From: Octopus vulgaris
Lineage: Eukaryota
NCBI GenBank assembly: GCA_951406725.2
Contig: OX597815.1
Location: forward strand, 19,096,001 to 19,160,000
DNA: 64,000 nucleotides
Direction: 5' to 3'
The number at the start of each line of letters is the position of its first letter. Position 1 is the first letter of the stretch. Positions 29,076-42,297 of this stretch are shown in pieces. The notes under the pieces were generated by a model. That model searched no databases and was not told the origin of the DNA. It saw only the letters and a program-made list of their open reading frames with translations. A program made the translations under genes and the position numbers.

Positions 29076-29660
29076 TACATGAGGTTCTCTACAATCTCAA
29101 TGAAATATAATTTAAATTATTAACAAACATACGTATACACACTGTCCCATTCATATGGAAGGACATACAGATCTGCATTGATTAGAGCAGAAGGAATAAT
29201 CTGTGTTTACGCATGAAGCATATGTATCTAAACTTAAACAGCTGTTTGAAATCGAGGCGAGTCATAAAAAAAGCAACATTACGACTAACTGGCACTGATT
29301 GTATTCACTTTGATATAATTCCATTCGCTGCTAGCGTTTATAAAATTAAATAATCATTCGTAAGCATTGAAGCTTGTTTTCACACGTGTTTACATACACG
29401 GCGAATATATTCACAATCTTTCCAATCTTAAAATCTATGCGTAGTTTAGTTTTTTTAAATGTTATACTAGTCCTGCAGTCAGTTCGATTGTTGTCTGAAG
29501 ACCGGAATGTATCAAGCGATAAACGTGAAGTAGCGACAAGAAGAATCACCACTTTCGTACAGGTAAGCATGTGTATTGTGCTTACCTGTACTTATACACG
29601 TTCGTAGACGCGTTGGGAATCCGGAACTCTATGGTTGGCAAGCAAGTTTCTTACCAAATC

Positions 29661-30440
29661 TATGTATGTATGCACGTATTTATGTATGTATGTATGCATG
29701 TATGTATGTATGTATGCATGCATGTATGTATGTATGTATGTATGTATGTATGTATGTATGTATGTATGTATGTATGTATGTATGTATGCATGTATGTATG
29801 TATGTATGTATGTATGTATGTATGCATGTATGTATGTATGCATGTATGTATGTATGCATGTATGTATGTATGTATGTATGCATGCATGTATGTATGTATG
29901 TATGCATGCATGTATGTATGTATGTATATATGCATGCATGCATCTATGTATGTATGTACGTATGTATGTATTATGTATGTATGCATGTATGCATGCATGT
30001 ATGTATGTATGTATGTATGTATGCATGCATGTATGTATGTATGTATGTATGTATGTATGCATGTATGTATGTATGTATGTATGCATGTATGTATGCATAT
30101 ATGTATGTATGCATGCATGCATGTATGTATGCATGTATGTATGTATGCATGTACGTATGTACGTATGTATGTATGCACGCATTTAAGTATATATGTATGT
30201 ATGTATGCATGTATGTATGCATGTATATATGTATGTATGTATGCATGCACGCATGTATGTATGCATGTATGTATGTATGTATGTACGTATGTATGTATGT
30301 GTGTATGTATGTATGCATGCATTTATGAATGTATGTAAGTATGTATGTATGTAGGTATGCATGTATGTATGTATGTATGTATGCATGCATGTATGTATGT
30401 ATGTATGTATGTATGTATGTATGTATGTATGTATGTATCT
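29661..30440. repeat. ~780-bp (TATG/CATG)n tetranucleotide satellite
   Basis: Direct sequence; source of the MYVC and HTYI ORFs. Confidence 0.97.
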
Positions 30441-31299
30441 ATGTATAAGAAAGCGAAGGAGAGAAATATATACATATTTATGTACCTACATGTGTACGTC
30501 CAGTCATACCCATATATATATAGATATATAAGCAGACGTGCGCTTGTGTATGTATGTGTGTTCGTGAAATATTTACACAAATACATAAAGTGACTTTGTT
30601 GATGTACATACATGTATACACGCATATGCACGCACACACATGTGCATACATGCTTGTATAAATATGCGTTGTCCATGCTCCGATCGGTTTAAACCAGTGC
30701 AGTGATATGGTGGTCCTCTCGAATGTTTTAATTCTGTTTTGGTCCATATGTGCATTCGAGGGGTACACTCACACATATACATCTGCATACACATACATAC
30801 AAACAAAACATACATACATACACACATCCATATATGCTGAAAAGTTCGTGGCTTTAATGGTATCGAGAAAGGCAATAACATAAAACATATTACGATGAAG
30901 CGTAGCCCTGTACCAGCATCACAAAAGAGAAAATTCGAAAAGATATTAGTGAAAAAAATAATGCTATTACAAGAGAAATAGATCGAAAAATAATCTACAC
31001 CAGCTTGACTGGGAGAGCTTATGAAGCTATAAATGTGTCGTTGTACCAGAATCAGAAATCATATACAACTGATAAATTCTGACAGCACATGACCCACACT
31101 CTAGTGAAGCAGCATGTTATAACATAAATCAAGAACTTATTCTTTTAAAGAAAAATAACCTCGAACATCATATGAGTGCATTATAACAAACAATCGGCGA
31201 TTCATGAAGCGTAAATATGAGACTATGGCAGCAGCCAAAATATATTGTCATTAAATAACAGCATCACAGAATGAAGAGAAAGAGAGAGAGAGAAATGAA

Positions 31300-32390
31300 T
31301 AAGCTACATCATTTTGACCAACTGAACTTTTTATAAACTAGATATGTGCAACGCACCGCCTATACCCAGTCCAAACATTAACAGGAGAAATGCAATTGTC
31401 TTTGTTATGTCGCACGTTCCGATGCCTTCTACTCAACTCTACTGTACTCTACTACGTCAAGTCTTCTCCCTCTATATCTACGTATTGGACTAGTCTACTT
31501 CATCGTCTGGGAGCGTCGACACAACAGTCTTGTTGGGCATTTAAAAGCAAGAAAAATAACATAAAGGCGAGAATCAAATTTGAAAAACAACAGACTATGC
31601 ACCTCCTTGCATTTTTCGATTCATCGCAGCAAAATGTGATGTAATCACACAAAACATATGTTGCAGAACTTGAGCTTTTCCTACTGCAAACATCAAAATA
31701 AATTAATCTTCAACGAATGGTTTGATCTTCAAATAAGTAAACAACTAATGGAGTCGTTTCATCAACTGAATTGTAAAACAAGGGACATCCCAATAAAAAA
31801 AAATACAGGTCCTCAAGCATTTACAGAGATCGGGCCGCAAACTGTTAATACAAATATACTTCACAAGACGATACACATACAGTCACACACACATTCATAA
31901 TCAACTACTTTTACAAACATAATTAAATCACATGTATGTCCCTCCCTATCCACTCAAACCACTTTCCCATAACACAGACATATGGCTAACGAACCGTAAG
32001 AAAGAAAATCACTAGACCATAGCGAAAACAAAATGAAAACAAGAAGCATGAGGAGAATAACATAATAAAAAGCCTTTTTGTACAACGTAAGTATTGGAAA
32101 AACAAGAAAAGCAGTCTATAAAACAGCAACAATTTTTATCAAAACAATGAATTTGTTAATCAGGAAATATGACCCACATCCTGAAGTCATAATTTTCTGA
32201 AAAACAAATGTATTTAAGCAAAAGTTTAAGAAACCATTAAAAAAAAAACAAAACAGCACAACCATGAAAAACCTCGTATCTATTAGTACGAAAGCACAAG
32301 GCCACCAAAGAAATAAACAGCGCGCTCTAATAAAAACGTAAGAAAGAAATACTAAACAATATTCAGTAATTCGGGAAGTAATAAAAAACG
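31300..32390 (+). pseudogene. Possible decayed Penelope-like RT relic
   Basis: ORF 31390..31644 contains NNIKARIKFEKQQTMHLLAFFD (cf. N..H..IKF..E.....L.FLD); strong A-rich strand bias. Confidence 0.35.
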
Positions 32391-32394
32391 CCTA

Positions 32395-32706
32395 CAGATC
32401 TGACAAAAACATAAAAACGAAAAACAAGCAGGTGTACTGATTAATAGCCAGTCTCGTGCCATGATCACTGTGGAGTGGCACTCGACTTACAAGAAAAGAA
32501 TTCACACTCACACACATATATAATCGCTTCAGATTTTCTATACAGTTTAGGACCAGTACTATAGAAAATCTGTAGAGATGAACTTAAAAATGAAAACAAG
32601 GCACTGCTAAAACAAAGGTAAGGCACACTATTGCTCTGTAAACTGTTAATATACTCGGGTAGTATATTATAATTGCAAAACGAAATATTATGCCCTTGAT
32701 TTCAGA

Positions 32707-32744
<38 letters not shown>

Positions 32745-32976
32745 GCACAGTTCATCTCTACAGATTTTCTATAGTGCTGGTCTTAAACTGTATAGAAAAT
32801 CTGAAGTGATTATGTATTGTGTGAGTGTATGTATGTACGCATGCGCACGTAACACATGCATTTGAACTGAATTCTTTTCTCATCAATCGAGTGTCACTCC
32901 ACAGCGATCATGGCACGAGACTGGCTATTAATCAGTACACTTGCTTGTTTTTCGTTTTATGTTTTTGTTACATCTG
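32395..32976. repeat. ~190-230 bp inverted repeat (32395-32584 / 32749-32976) with internal 13-bp hairpin and degenerate HHR-like fold
   Basis: gtgtactgattaatagccagtctcgtgccatgatc vs gatcatggcacgagactggctattaatcagtacac; internal cagattttctata/tatagaaaatctg. Confidence 0.9.
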
Positions 32977-33217
32977 TTGGCAAGAATTCGCAACGACCTC
33001 GAACCCACAAGAGTAAACAAGAGATACAGTGATAGGCAGAAAGAAGGAAAATGCGCCTTGTATTTGAATACTATGCAAATACTCTTTAAAAAAATTTTCA
33101 TTTAATTTTTCCAAAATTTTATTGTTTTCCATACTCAGTTGAAAAAGTCTCAATGACTGGAACCGGTACTGAAATGTTTTTTTATAAAATTATTTTGGCA
33201 TTTTCACCTTGAATTTT

Positions 33218-33316
<99 letters not shown>

Positions 33317-33476
33317 TATATATATATACACACACACACATATATATATATATAATTTGGATAGATAGACACACAGACAGTGTGTGAGTGAGTGAGTGAG
33401 TGAGTGAGTGAGTGAGTGAGTGAGTGAGTGAGTAAGTGAGTGAGTGAGTGAGTGAGTGAGCGAGCGAGTGAGTGAG
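33218..33476. repeat. (CA)n/(TA)n/(GAGT)n microsatellites
   Basis: Direct sequence. Confidence 0.95.
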
Positions 33477-34699
33477 CTTGCTCTAGACACTGCAATAAAA
33501 TATGTTTGAATGTTACAAATACATAAAATATTGTCTCATGTTGTACTTATTTATGTGTATTTCTATAAACACTCCAATCCTGTTTATGAAATTATATACA
33601 TTTATACATTATTCCATGATGTATACCGAAAAATCAACATATACCAATCGCCTTTTTACATGAGCGCCTTGATGTTCATTATATGACATTTAAAGGTTTG
33701 CAATAAATTAATGATAAACCGCTCGCTGCACTATTTTCCTAATTAATCTATTCCTTCTATGCTGCTTGAAGTTTTAGCATTATCAGACACGTAATTATCT
33801 TTCTACTAGTGTTGATTGCCGAGTCAGAACATAATGCTTCTTTCTAATATTCCTGGTAATATGTGTGTGTGAATAAAGAGCATATGTCAGCAGTCTAAAG
33901 TAATATACGAACACTCCAAAGTGCGGTAGTAAAGTGTCCACTTATTAAATCTATTTCCAAATATTTTCTAAGTTTTTTTTATCCCGGAAGTTATTATTGG
34001 TTAAACTAAGAAGTGATACGAAAAGCAGTTGTCAAGGACAATGTGTATGGACACAAATAAACACGAGACTAATTCATGGTAGGCTGAACAAATAAATAGA
34101 ATAATGACTGCTTGAATCATGTCTACACAAGCACCGATAAATATACGTAATTGATAAAGTTAATTATCAACAAGGTAAAATAACAGGAAATTAAATGTGC
34201 ATGATGTATATTTTGTTCTTATCCTCTACATGGGGTGTTTCGCTGGTTCTCAAGCTTTACTCCTACAGGCGCCGTCTTTATTTTTTTTTCCGCATGCAGC
34301 TTTATAAATGATGTGGACTTCACTGTAAAATGTAATATTGGAAACCGGAAATTAACGCTCAAAACCATAAAACATAAACAGGATAATATATAGAGTTAGA
34401 CAAACGAAAATTTACCAGAAGAGGCGGTCAAGTTTTTAGTTGGCTGCTGAATAATCTATCAATCAATTTAAATCTGTTCCCTGGATTGTAAGTCACAAAG
34501 CAGGATATGCTTTACGGTTAAACGTCAAGAGTATAGGAAAAATACGATTAAGATAGCTGATATGTAATAAACAGAATATATTTTAAAGGGTCGTTCATTC
34601 TCTTCAGATAGAGTTAAATATTGCGTGTATAATTTCATTGGTTCCATAACAGGAGCGTATAGAACTCGGCAAGTACAGGATCTGTCCTTGCTGAGTTTC

Positions 34700-34912
34700 G
34701 TGTGATAGACGTTATGCAATAGGCTATTGCATATAGGATAGCTAATTACACATGCAATAGTCTGGGGTGTGGAGTACGTTGTTACATTATAAGATGGGTC
34801 GTTATACATGATATAGATTGTTGTACATGGAATCGACTGTTGTACATGGGATACACTGTTAAACATAGGATAAATTGCTATACATAGGACAGACTGTTGC
34901 ACATGCGATTCG
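34700..34912. repeat. Degenerate ~19-20 bp minisatellite
   Basis: Recurring gactgttgtacatgg/ttgctatacatagg-type units. Confidence 0.6.
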
Positions 34913-35003
34913 TTGTTGGTCAACAAACGCAGAAAGCAATTAAAGCGGGTCTAGATTATCACCATTGAACTCACACATGAATTTGGTATCAGCACTCTGA
35001 TAT

Positions 35004-35231
35004 CGGCGAGCTGGCATAACCGTTAGCACGCTGGGCGAAATGCTTAGCGGTATTTCGTCTGCGTTACGTTCTGAGTTCAAATTCCGCCGAGGTCGACTTT
35101 GTCTTTCATCCTTTCGGGGTCGATAAATTAAGTACCAGTTACGCACTAAGGTCGATGTAATCGACTTAATACCTATGTATGTCCTTGTTTGTCCCCTTCA
35201 TGTTTAGCCCCTTGTGGGTAATAAAGAAATA
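35004..35231 (+). mobile_element. SINE family A monomer with 14-bp TSD
   Basis: TSD ggtatcagcactct at 34985-34998 and 35232-35245. Confidence 0.93.
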
Positions 35232-35885
35232 GGTATCAGCACTCTCCAATAATGTAGATGAATGTGATAATTTTGAGCAAGGTTTATTCGTTAAATGATT
35301 CATCGAAGGAGAAACAATTGCTAATACAATGGAGCTTTTGTAGAATGGTAAGAGTAAACACAATCGCTGTTTGCTTTGGATGTCTGCTGGTTAATATTTT
35401 CAAGTATGCATGGGTGAGAAGGGAATTTCAGAGGGAAAACGAAAATCCGAAATTATTCGTTAGTGATTTGTGAAATATGACCGAGTAAGTGTGATAAATG
35501 TTGCCGGACGCGTGCGTCAATTTGTCCAAGGTGGACAGGTTATGCAGTTTGCTGGTTCAGAGAAAAGATACTGTGGAACAATTGTGATTGGAATTTGTTA
35601 ATGCGTGAATCGCTGCCAGGCTGGTAGCATCGGTGATAAATTCGATATCACATCACCTCAAGTCGTATCTCCAGGATGGAATTATTTCTAATGCTTTTGA
35701 AGACAGCAATCATCACTGCTGTCTGTTTCTCATTTACTTGGAACTTCAAATTTCCTGACTGTTGACAACTTTAGCAATCAGGAAGCATCTGTTTCAATTG
35801 TATCTCTATGTCCCAATATTCATATGTGTATGTATACCCACACAAGAAAACATAGGCACACACATACACATACACACACACATAA

Positions 35886-35923
<38 letters not shown>

Positions 35924-36009
35924 ATATATAAAAGACTATGTGTGTGTATACATATACATATACATATATGTATATATATGTATGTATATATGTATGTGTG
36001 TATATGTAT

Positions 36010-36086
<77 letters not shown>

Positions 36087-36196
36087 ACTTTCATGTTTCA
36101 TCTTAAACGTTTTAGTTTATATAAGTTTATATATTTGTAACGGATTGGCTATAAAAAGAATTGTGTAATCAGCTAGAAATATTCTATCAAGCCTAA

Positions 36197-36376
36197 AGCG
36201 GCGAGCTGACAGAACCGTTAGCACGCTGTGCAAACTGCTTTCGTTTTCATCCTTACGAGTCGACAAAATAAGTACCAGTCGAGCACTGGTACTTATGTAC
36301 CAGTGCTCAACTGATCAATGTAATCGACTTAACTCCAACCCCGAGCTTGTTTGCCTAGTGGCAAAATTTGAAACCT
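36197..36376 (+). mobile_element. Older, internally deleted family A-related SINE with different 3' end
   Basis: gcggcgagctgacagaaccgttagc...ttcatccttacgagtcgacaaaataagtaccag; degenerate TSD tattc(t/c)a(t/c)caagc at 36180 and 36378. Confidence 0.8.
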
Positions 36377-37233
36377 ATATTCCACCAAGCTTAGTGTCCT
36401 GGTATGAATTATATGTTGCAACGGGTCACAGTTCATCAAAGTGAATTTATTAGTATTACATATGTGTGTATGTGTATTTGCATATTTGCTTGCAAATTTT
36501 CCTTTGAGAGATATTAAAGATCAATTTGCAGAAATGAAGCTGGTAACTGCCATGGATAACTGACATTTGCTTGAATACAAGGTGTTCCTTAAGTCTTTGA
36601 ATATATACGTTAGTGTGTACATATATATTACTAGTTAGTGTGTACACATATTATTAGATTTGTTTATCAAATCTTTTTTTATCAACTCTTTTTTTATCAA
36701 ATCTTTTTTATCAAATCTAAGACTAGAAAATAGTGTCTGTTGGGAAAGGGTATGAGCGAGTTGATAGAATCATAGTGGGTATAATCATAAAACTTATCAA
36801 AATTATTTTGAAGTAGTATGAAGTAATTAGCTATAATGAGGTTAGATGTTTTCGAGGATCTTCCAAACCAGGCCAGAGAGGTTTGAAAGTAGAAATGACT
36901 AAAAATAACTCCATACTTCTTCAAACTGCTGAAGCATCACCGCCGGATCACTTTATTCCATTAAATGTAAATGAAGTATGTATATGTATGTCTGTATGTG
37001 TGTGTGAGAGAGAGAGAGAGAAATAGAGTGTCAGAGAATCCTAATACCCAAGTGCTTTGAGCAAATTTGCTGGTACATATATAAATGCACCCAAGTGAGT
37101 ATGCATGCATGTTGACGTGGGTATATATAAGCCTCCTTTTCTCTTTCTCCCTCTCACTCTCTCTCACTCTCCTCTCTTTATATATATATATATGTATATG
37201 CATATATGTATATATATATATATATATATATAC

Positions 37234-37304
<71 letters not shown>

Positions 37305-38109
37305 CGTGTACATGAATATGTATATATGTACATGCATATTGATTTGCCTAATAGTGGTTTTATCTCTAATTTAATTTATATATATATATATATATATATA
37401 TGCGCTTTTGTGTATATATGTACGTACGTAGTTTTGCGAGTACTTGCGTTCTAAATGTTAACTGTATGCATAAATTAATTTCAATATGTGTATTATATAC
37501 AGCATGAATAGAAGATTCAACCGGAGTTATTACCATACGTTTCTCTTGAGTAAATCTCTTCCAGCATAAATATTAGCTGGCAAAAAAGCAATATTGATAA
37601 ACCAATACGTCGTCACCAGCTTCGTTTGTCTCAAAGGTTTAGGCATTTTGTATTGACTGACTCTCAACCTATGATTTGACATTTTCATATTTTCACGATA
37701 TATACAATACGTATTATATTTATTATATGTGTGAATAATTTACGCTTTGAAGCAAGTGAATCTTTACTGATTTCTCTAAAGTAGTGCAGTTATTTAACTT
37801 CAAGCTACTGAATCAAACAAATCAAAGATGCCACAGCCCCTATGTCGCTTTATTTTCAAATATACATTATCTAAATTAAGTTACCCAGAATGTAATTCCT
37901 GCAGATCTTGCTGTTTTCTATAGTTTACAGATATGTGTAATGTTCAACTCTTGATCATCGGATCGTAAGTTCATTTCCGAGACCGGGCTAAGAATAACTT
38001 CATTTCCTTGAGCAAGTAACTTCATTTCTACTGCTTCAGCCGTCAATGTACATCGTACGGTTACTGGTTCAGCCTTCTCTCCATCTAGCTGTCTCAACCT
38101 GCAAGTACC

Positions 38110-38556
38110 TATTTCTTTACTATCCACAAGGGGCTAAACACAGAGAAGACAAACAAAGACAGACAAACGGATTGAGTCGATTATATCGACCCCCCAGTGT
38201 GCATCTGGTACTTATTTAATCGAACCCGAAAGGATAAAAGGGAAAGTTGACCTCGGCGGAATTTGAACTCAAAACGTAGCGGTAGACGAAAGAACTATTT
38301 CTTTACTACCCACAAGGGGCTAAACACAGAGGAGACAAACACGGACAGACAAACGGATTAAGTCGATTACATCGACCCCAGTGCGTAACTGGTACTTATT
38401 TAATCGACCCCGAAAGGATGAAAGGCAAAGTCGACCTCGGCGGGATTTGAACTCACAACGTAACGGCAAACGAAATACCGCTAAGCATTTCGCCCGGCGC
38501 GCTAACGATTCTGCCATCTCGCCGCCTTCACCAGCTCGCCGCCTTGTGCCAGCTCG
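38110..38556 (-). mobile_element. SINE family A dimer with stuttered 5' end and 12-bp TSD
   Basis: TSD cctgcaagtacc at 38098-38109 and 38557-38568. Confidence 0.92.
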
Positions 38557-38986
38557 CCTGCAAGTACCACGGAGTCAATGCTGAGGAGGGTGAGGGAGTG
38601 TGTGTCTCTGCTTGCGACTACACAGACACCTAAAATTATTAGTGGAAATACATTATAATTATTTCCAAGCCGTATTAGCTCCCCGACGATGGCTATCTGC
38701 AATCACATATATTGTGGGGACTTAGCATTAGATAAAGTCTTCCAGTACACACCAGGAACATTTTTCTGGATGTTGCTGTCTTCTGTCCAAGATACTTACT
38801 GATTCAACAGAATTATTATCACAGGAGTGATTTGGAGACGTTCCAGGAGTGATTTGCCGGGTGTGATTTGGAGATATCTACCTATAACTTTTAGCAGGTC
38901 GAGCGACTGCTTAGAGCAAGATTTCAAACCTGTAAAAGAACGATAGTGCTGATAGACTTTACTACAGGTAATTGTTCGGGCACAAA

Positions 38987-39328
38987 CTGGCTGAATCGAT
39001 GAGTAGTTGGCTTCAGAACGACGAGGTCTCGGATTCTATCCCTTTGCGTGGAGTCTTGAATAAATGTTATTGTATTTCTGCGGTTTCGGGTCAAACCTAT
39101 ATGGGTGAAATTGGATCAATAGAAGCTGCATAGAAACCCGACGTGTGGATTGTACATGTAATTCAAAGGCACACACTTGTCACACACTGTGTCACATTGA
39201 ACTTGCATCAGAATTGTGAAATGGCTTACATGAATGTGAAATGCTTTGCCACTTACAAACTAATTCAATGAACACGTAATTCAGCAGATCAAACAACTGA
39301 ATCAGCATCGTCACAATCAACAGGGATC
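38987..39328 (+). mobile_element. Old mosaic SINE: family C-like head + tail B
   Basis: ttctatccctttgcgtggagtcttga...gaaacccgacg (C-like), then tgtaattcaaaggcacacacttgtcacacactgtgtcac...catcgtcacaatc (tail B). Confidence 0.65.
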
Positions 39329-39589
39329 AGTCTTTTTCTATTTCTCTCTAGAGTAATTTTTCAATAGGTATTTCAAACTGCAAAAATAAGATTGTTTTTT
39401 TAGATTGCATAATCGATGAAATGAATGAACTAAACTTTCACAAATCTACTGAACGCGGAAAATTCTTTAAATAAAAGGGGTCTTAGACGTGAAAAAGTTT
39501 GGGAGCGGTTAATATAGTTATTCAGTGATTAGATTGCGAGTATGCTGGATCATGGTCTTGTACAGTTAGTGGAACAAATCGACACTAGT

Positions 39590-39951
39590 ACTCTTTACTT
39601 GTTTCAGTCATTTTGACTGTGGCCATGCTAGAGCACCGCCTTTAGTCGAGCAAATCGACCTCAGGACTTATTCTTTGTAAGCGTAGTACTTATTCTATCG
39701 GTCTCTCTTACCGCACCGCTAAGTAACGGGGATGTAAACGCACCAGCATCGGTTGTCAAGCGATGTTGGACACACACACATAAATATATATATACGATGG
39801 GCTTCTTTCAGTTTCCTTCCACGAAATCCACTCACAAGGCTTCGGTCTCACGAGGCTATAGTAGAAGTCACTTTCCCAAGGTGCCACGCAGTGGAACTGA
39901 ACCCGGAACAATGTGGCTGGTAAGCAAGCTACTTACCACACAGCCACTCCT
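39590..39951 (-). mobile_element. SINE family C, near full length
   Basis: Aligns end to end with 59972-60385. Confidence 0.92.
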
Positions 39952-39972
39952 AATTTATTTTAATTTGGAATG

Positions 39973-40126
39973 TATTCTATCCCTCTCATTTGCTGAACCG
40001 CACTGTTAGGGACACGTAAACAAACCAATATAAATGCACACACACACGTGGGCGCACACACATACATACATACATATATACATACATACATACATACATG
40101 CATACATACATACATACATACATTCA

Positions 40127-40158
<32 letters not shown>

Positions 40159-40266
40159 AATACATACATATACATACATACATACATACATGCATACATA
40201 CATACATACATACATACATGCATACATGCATACATGCATACATATATACATACACACATACATACA

Positions 40267-40298
<32 letters not shown>

Positions 40299-40597
40299 CA
40301 TACATACATGCATACATACATACATACATACATACATGCATACATACATATACATACATACATACATACACACACACATACATACATATATACACACATA
40401 CATACATACATACATATACATACATACATACATATACATACATACATGCATACATACATACATACATACATGCATAGATACATACATACATACATACATA
40501 CATACATACATACATACGACACTTGCCGAAGGTGCTATGCAGTGGGACCGAACCCGAAACCACATAGTCGCGAAGGGAACGACTTTACCACACAGGC
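39973..40597 (-). mobile_element. SINE family C remnant split by ~460-bp (CATA)n expansion
   Basis: 3' segment 39973-40027 and 5' segment 40518-40597 flank the satellite at the family's internal microsatellite position. Confidence 0.75.
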
Positions 40598-41162
40598 ATG
40601 AGTATTACATAAAAAAACATTGAATGAAACCAACAACACATGGAATGGACTTCATTGCTATCTCCACACAGCGGAATCAAATACTGCAAATATATTATCA
40701 GAAATTAGCAAAGTTCAAGGACATTTCATAGATCAATCATTGCTCGGTTGACAGTTTCCTGAAATTACCCACCTATAGCACATGCGTGATGAAATGAATA
40801 CTTCTTATTTATATTAGAATCAGCATCCGGTCGACTGCCAAAGTACATTCATTTGTCAAGTGGCTCCTGCCCAATGGCGTAAATGAAATCAGCAAGTGGT
40901 CTGCAAACATCTTCTTGCTTTTAGTATGAAATAAATATTTTAAGTGGTTTCGTAGTACGTTATGATACTCTTATTCTCGATCACAACCACCTACACACAC
41001 ACACACACACACACCCACACACACACACACACACAGAGACACAGACACACACACACACGTACACACACAAACGCGTCACACGCGCCGGGATACTCACGCA
41101 CGTACGTACATATAACCTCCCACTTCATTTCTTTCTCCACTCTCTATATCTGCGTGTGCTTG

Positions 41163-41248
<86 letters not shown>

Positions 41249-41308
41249 CACATATATATATGTTTGTATATATATATGTGTTTATATATATGTATATATA
41301 TGTGTATG

Positions 41309-41370
<62 letters not shown>

Positions 41371-41567
41371 TGGGAAACTGTAAGGTAAGTGCACAAACAA
41401 AAAGCAACCATACAACATGAAGAGTAACCAAAATATAGAATAGTGTAGATAAATTGATTTAGTATTGTCGAATCTCTATGGCTACAGAAATATTTTAAAG
41501 AATCTTAGGTACACTTACACACGTATATACAAATCTGTGAGCATGCGTGTGTATGTATATACGTACA

Positions 41568-41657
<90 letters not shown>

Positions 41658-42143
41658 AACACGGCTGATCATTCCTCTTTCAACAATTATGAAAGCAATC
41701 ATGATTTCTGATGAACTCATAAACAATTATTAACTTATTTTGCTGCTTGTTTTGTACACTTTTATATAAACTGTTTAGACACAAATCCTCTCTTAATATT
41801 TTCTTATCATTGTCAAAGATTCTATTTCTTAACATCATTTCATCATTATCAAAGACTCATTCACTCTATTTCAATACATATGTGTAAACTAACTCTTAAC
41901 ACTATAAAGGCTACACAAAACCTTGCACTTTACTTTTGAAAATAATATTTTTTAAATAGTGAAACCGGTCAAGTCAATAAACAATTTTAAAAGACCTCTG
42001 CATTTTCAAATCCTCTTACCTCTATATTTTCACTCGTGCTCGTACCTTCCAATTTTACTTTGTTTTATTTATATATATATATAAAGAGAAAGAGCGAGAG
42101 AGACAAAGATACTATAGATATATTATTATATAAATATAATTAT

Positions 42144-42297
42144 AATTAAGGATACTGGAAAGGTACCGTCATGCTAAATAAAGCAATCACAACTGACTCT
42201 AAAACCACTTCATGTTTTTATATAATATAAATACTTGGTGTGGTTTTAGAGTCAGTTTTGACTGTTGTATTGTGGTAGCTCTCCAGTACCCTTAATT
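42144..42297. repeat. ~150-bp fold-back (MITE-like) palindrome
   Basis: Perfect 18-bp arms aactgactctaaaaccac (42191-42208) / gtggttttagagtcagtt (42240-42257), plus imperfect outer arms aattaaggatactgg / ccagtacccttaatt. Confidence 0.85.

Noticed and set aside
29571-30390. Long ORFs (up to 255 aa) of MYVC/HTYI repeats, and similar ORFs at 40006-40623, 8816-9517 and all YIYI/CVCV ORFs
   Set aside because: They are translations of microsatellites that lack stop codons, with no protein-like complexity.
41707-41730. ctgatga motif (also 15583, and ctgaaga at 9540, 12617, 29494)
   Set aside because: No properly placed stem II/GAAA/stem III/stem I, so not called as hammerheads.
42243-42265. gttttagagtcagttttgactg resembles the start of a type II CRISPR repeat
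   Set aside because: One inverted pair only, no spacer array, no cas genes, eukaryotic context.
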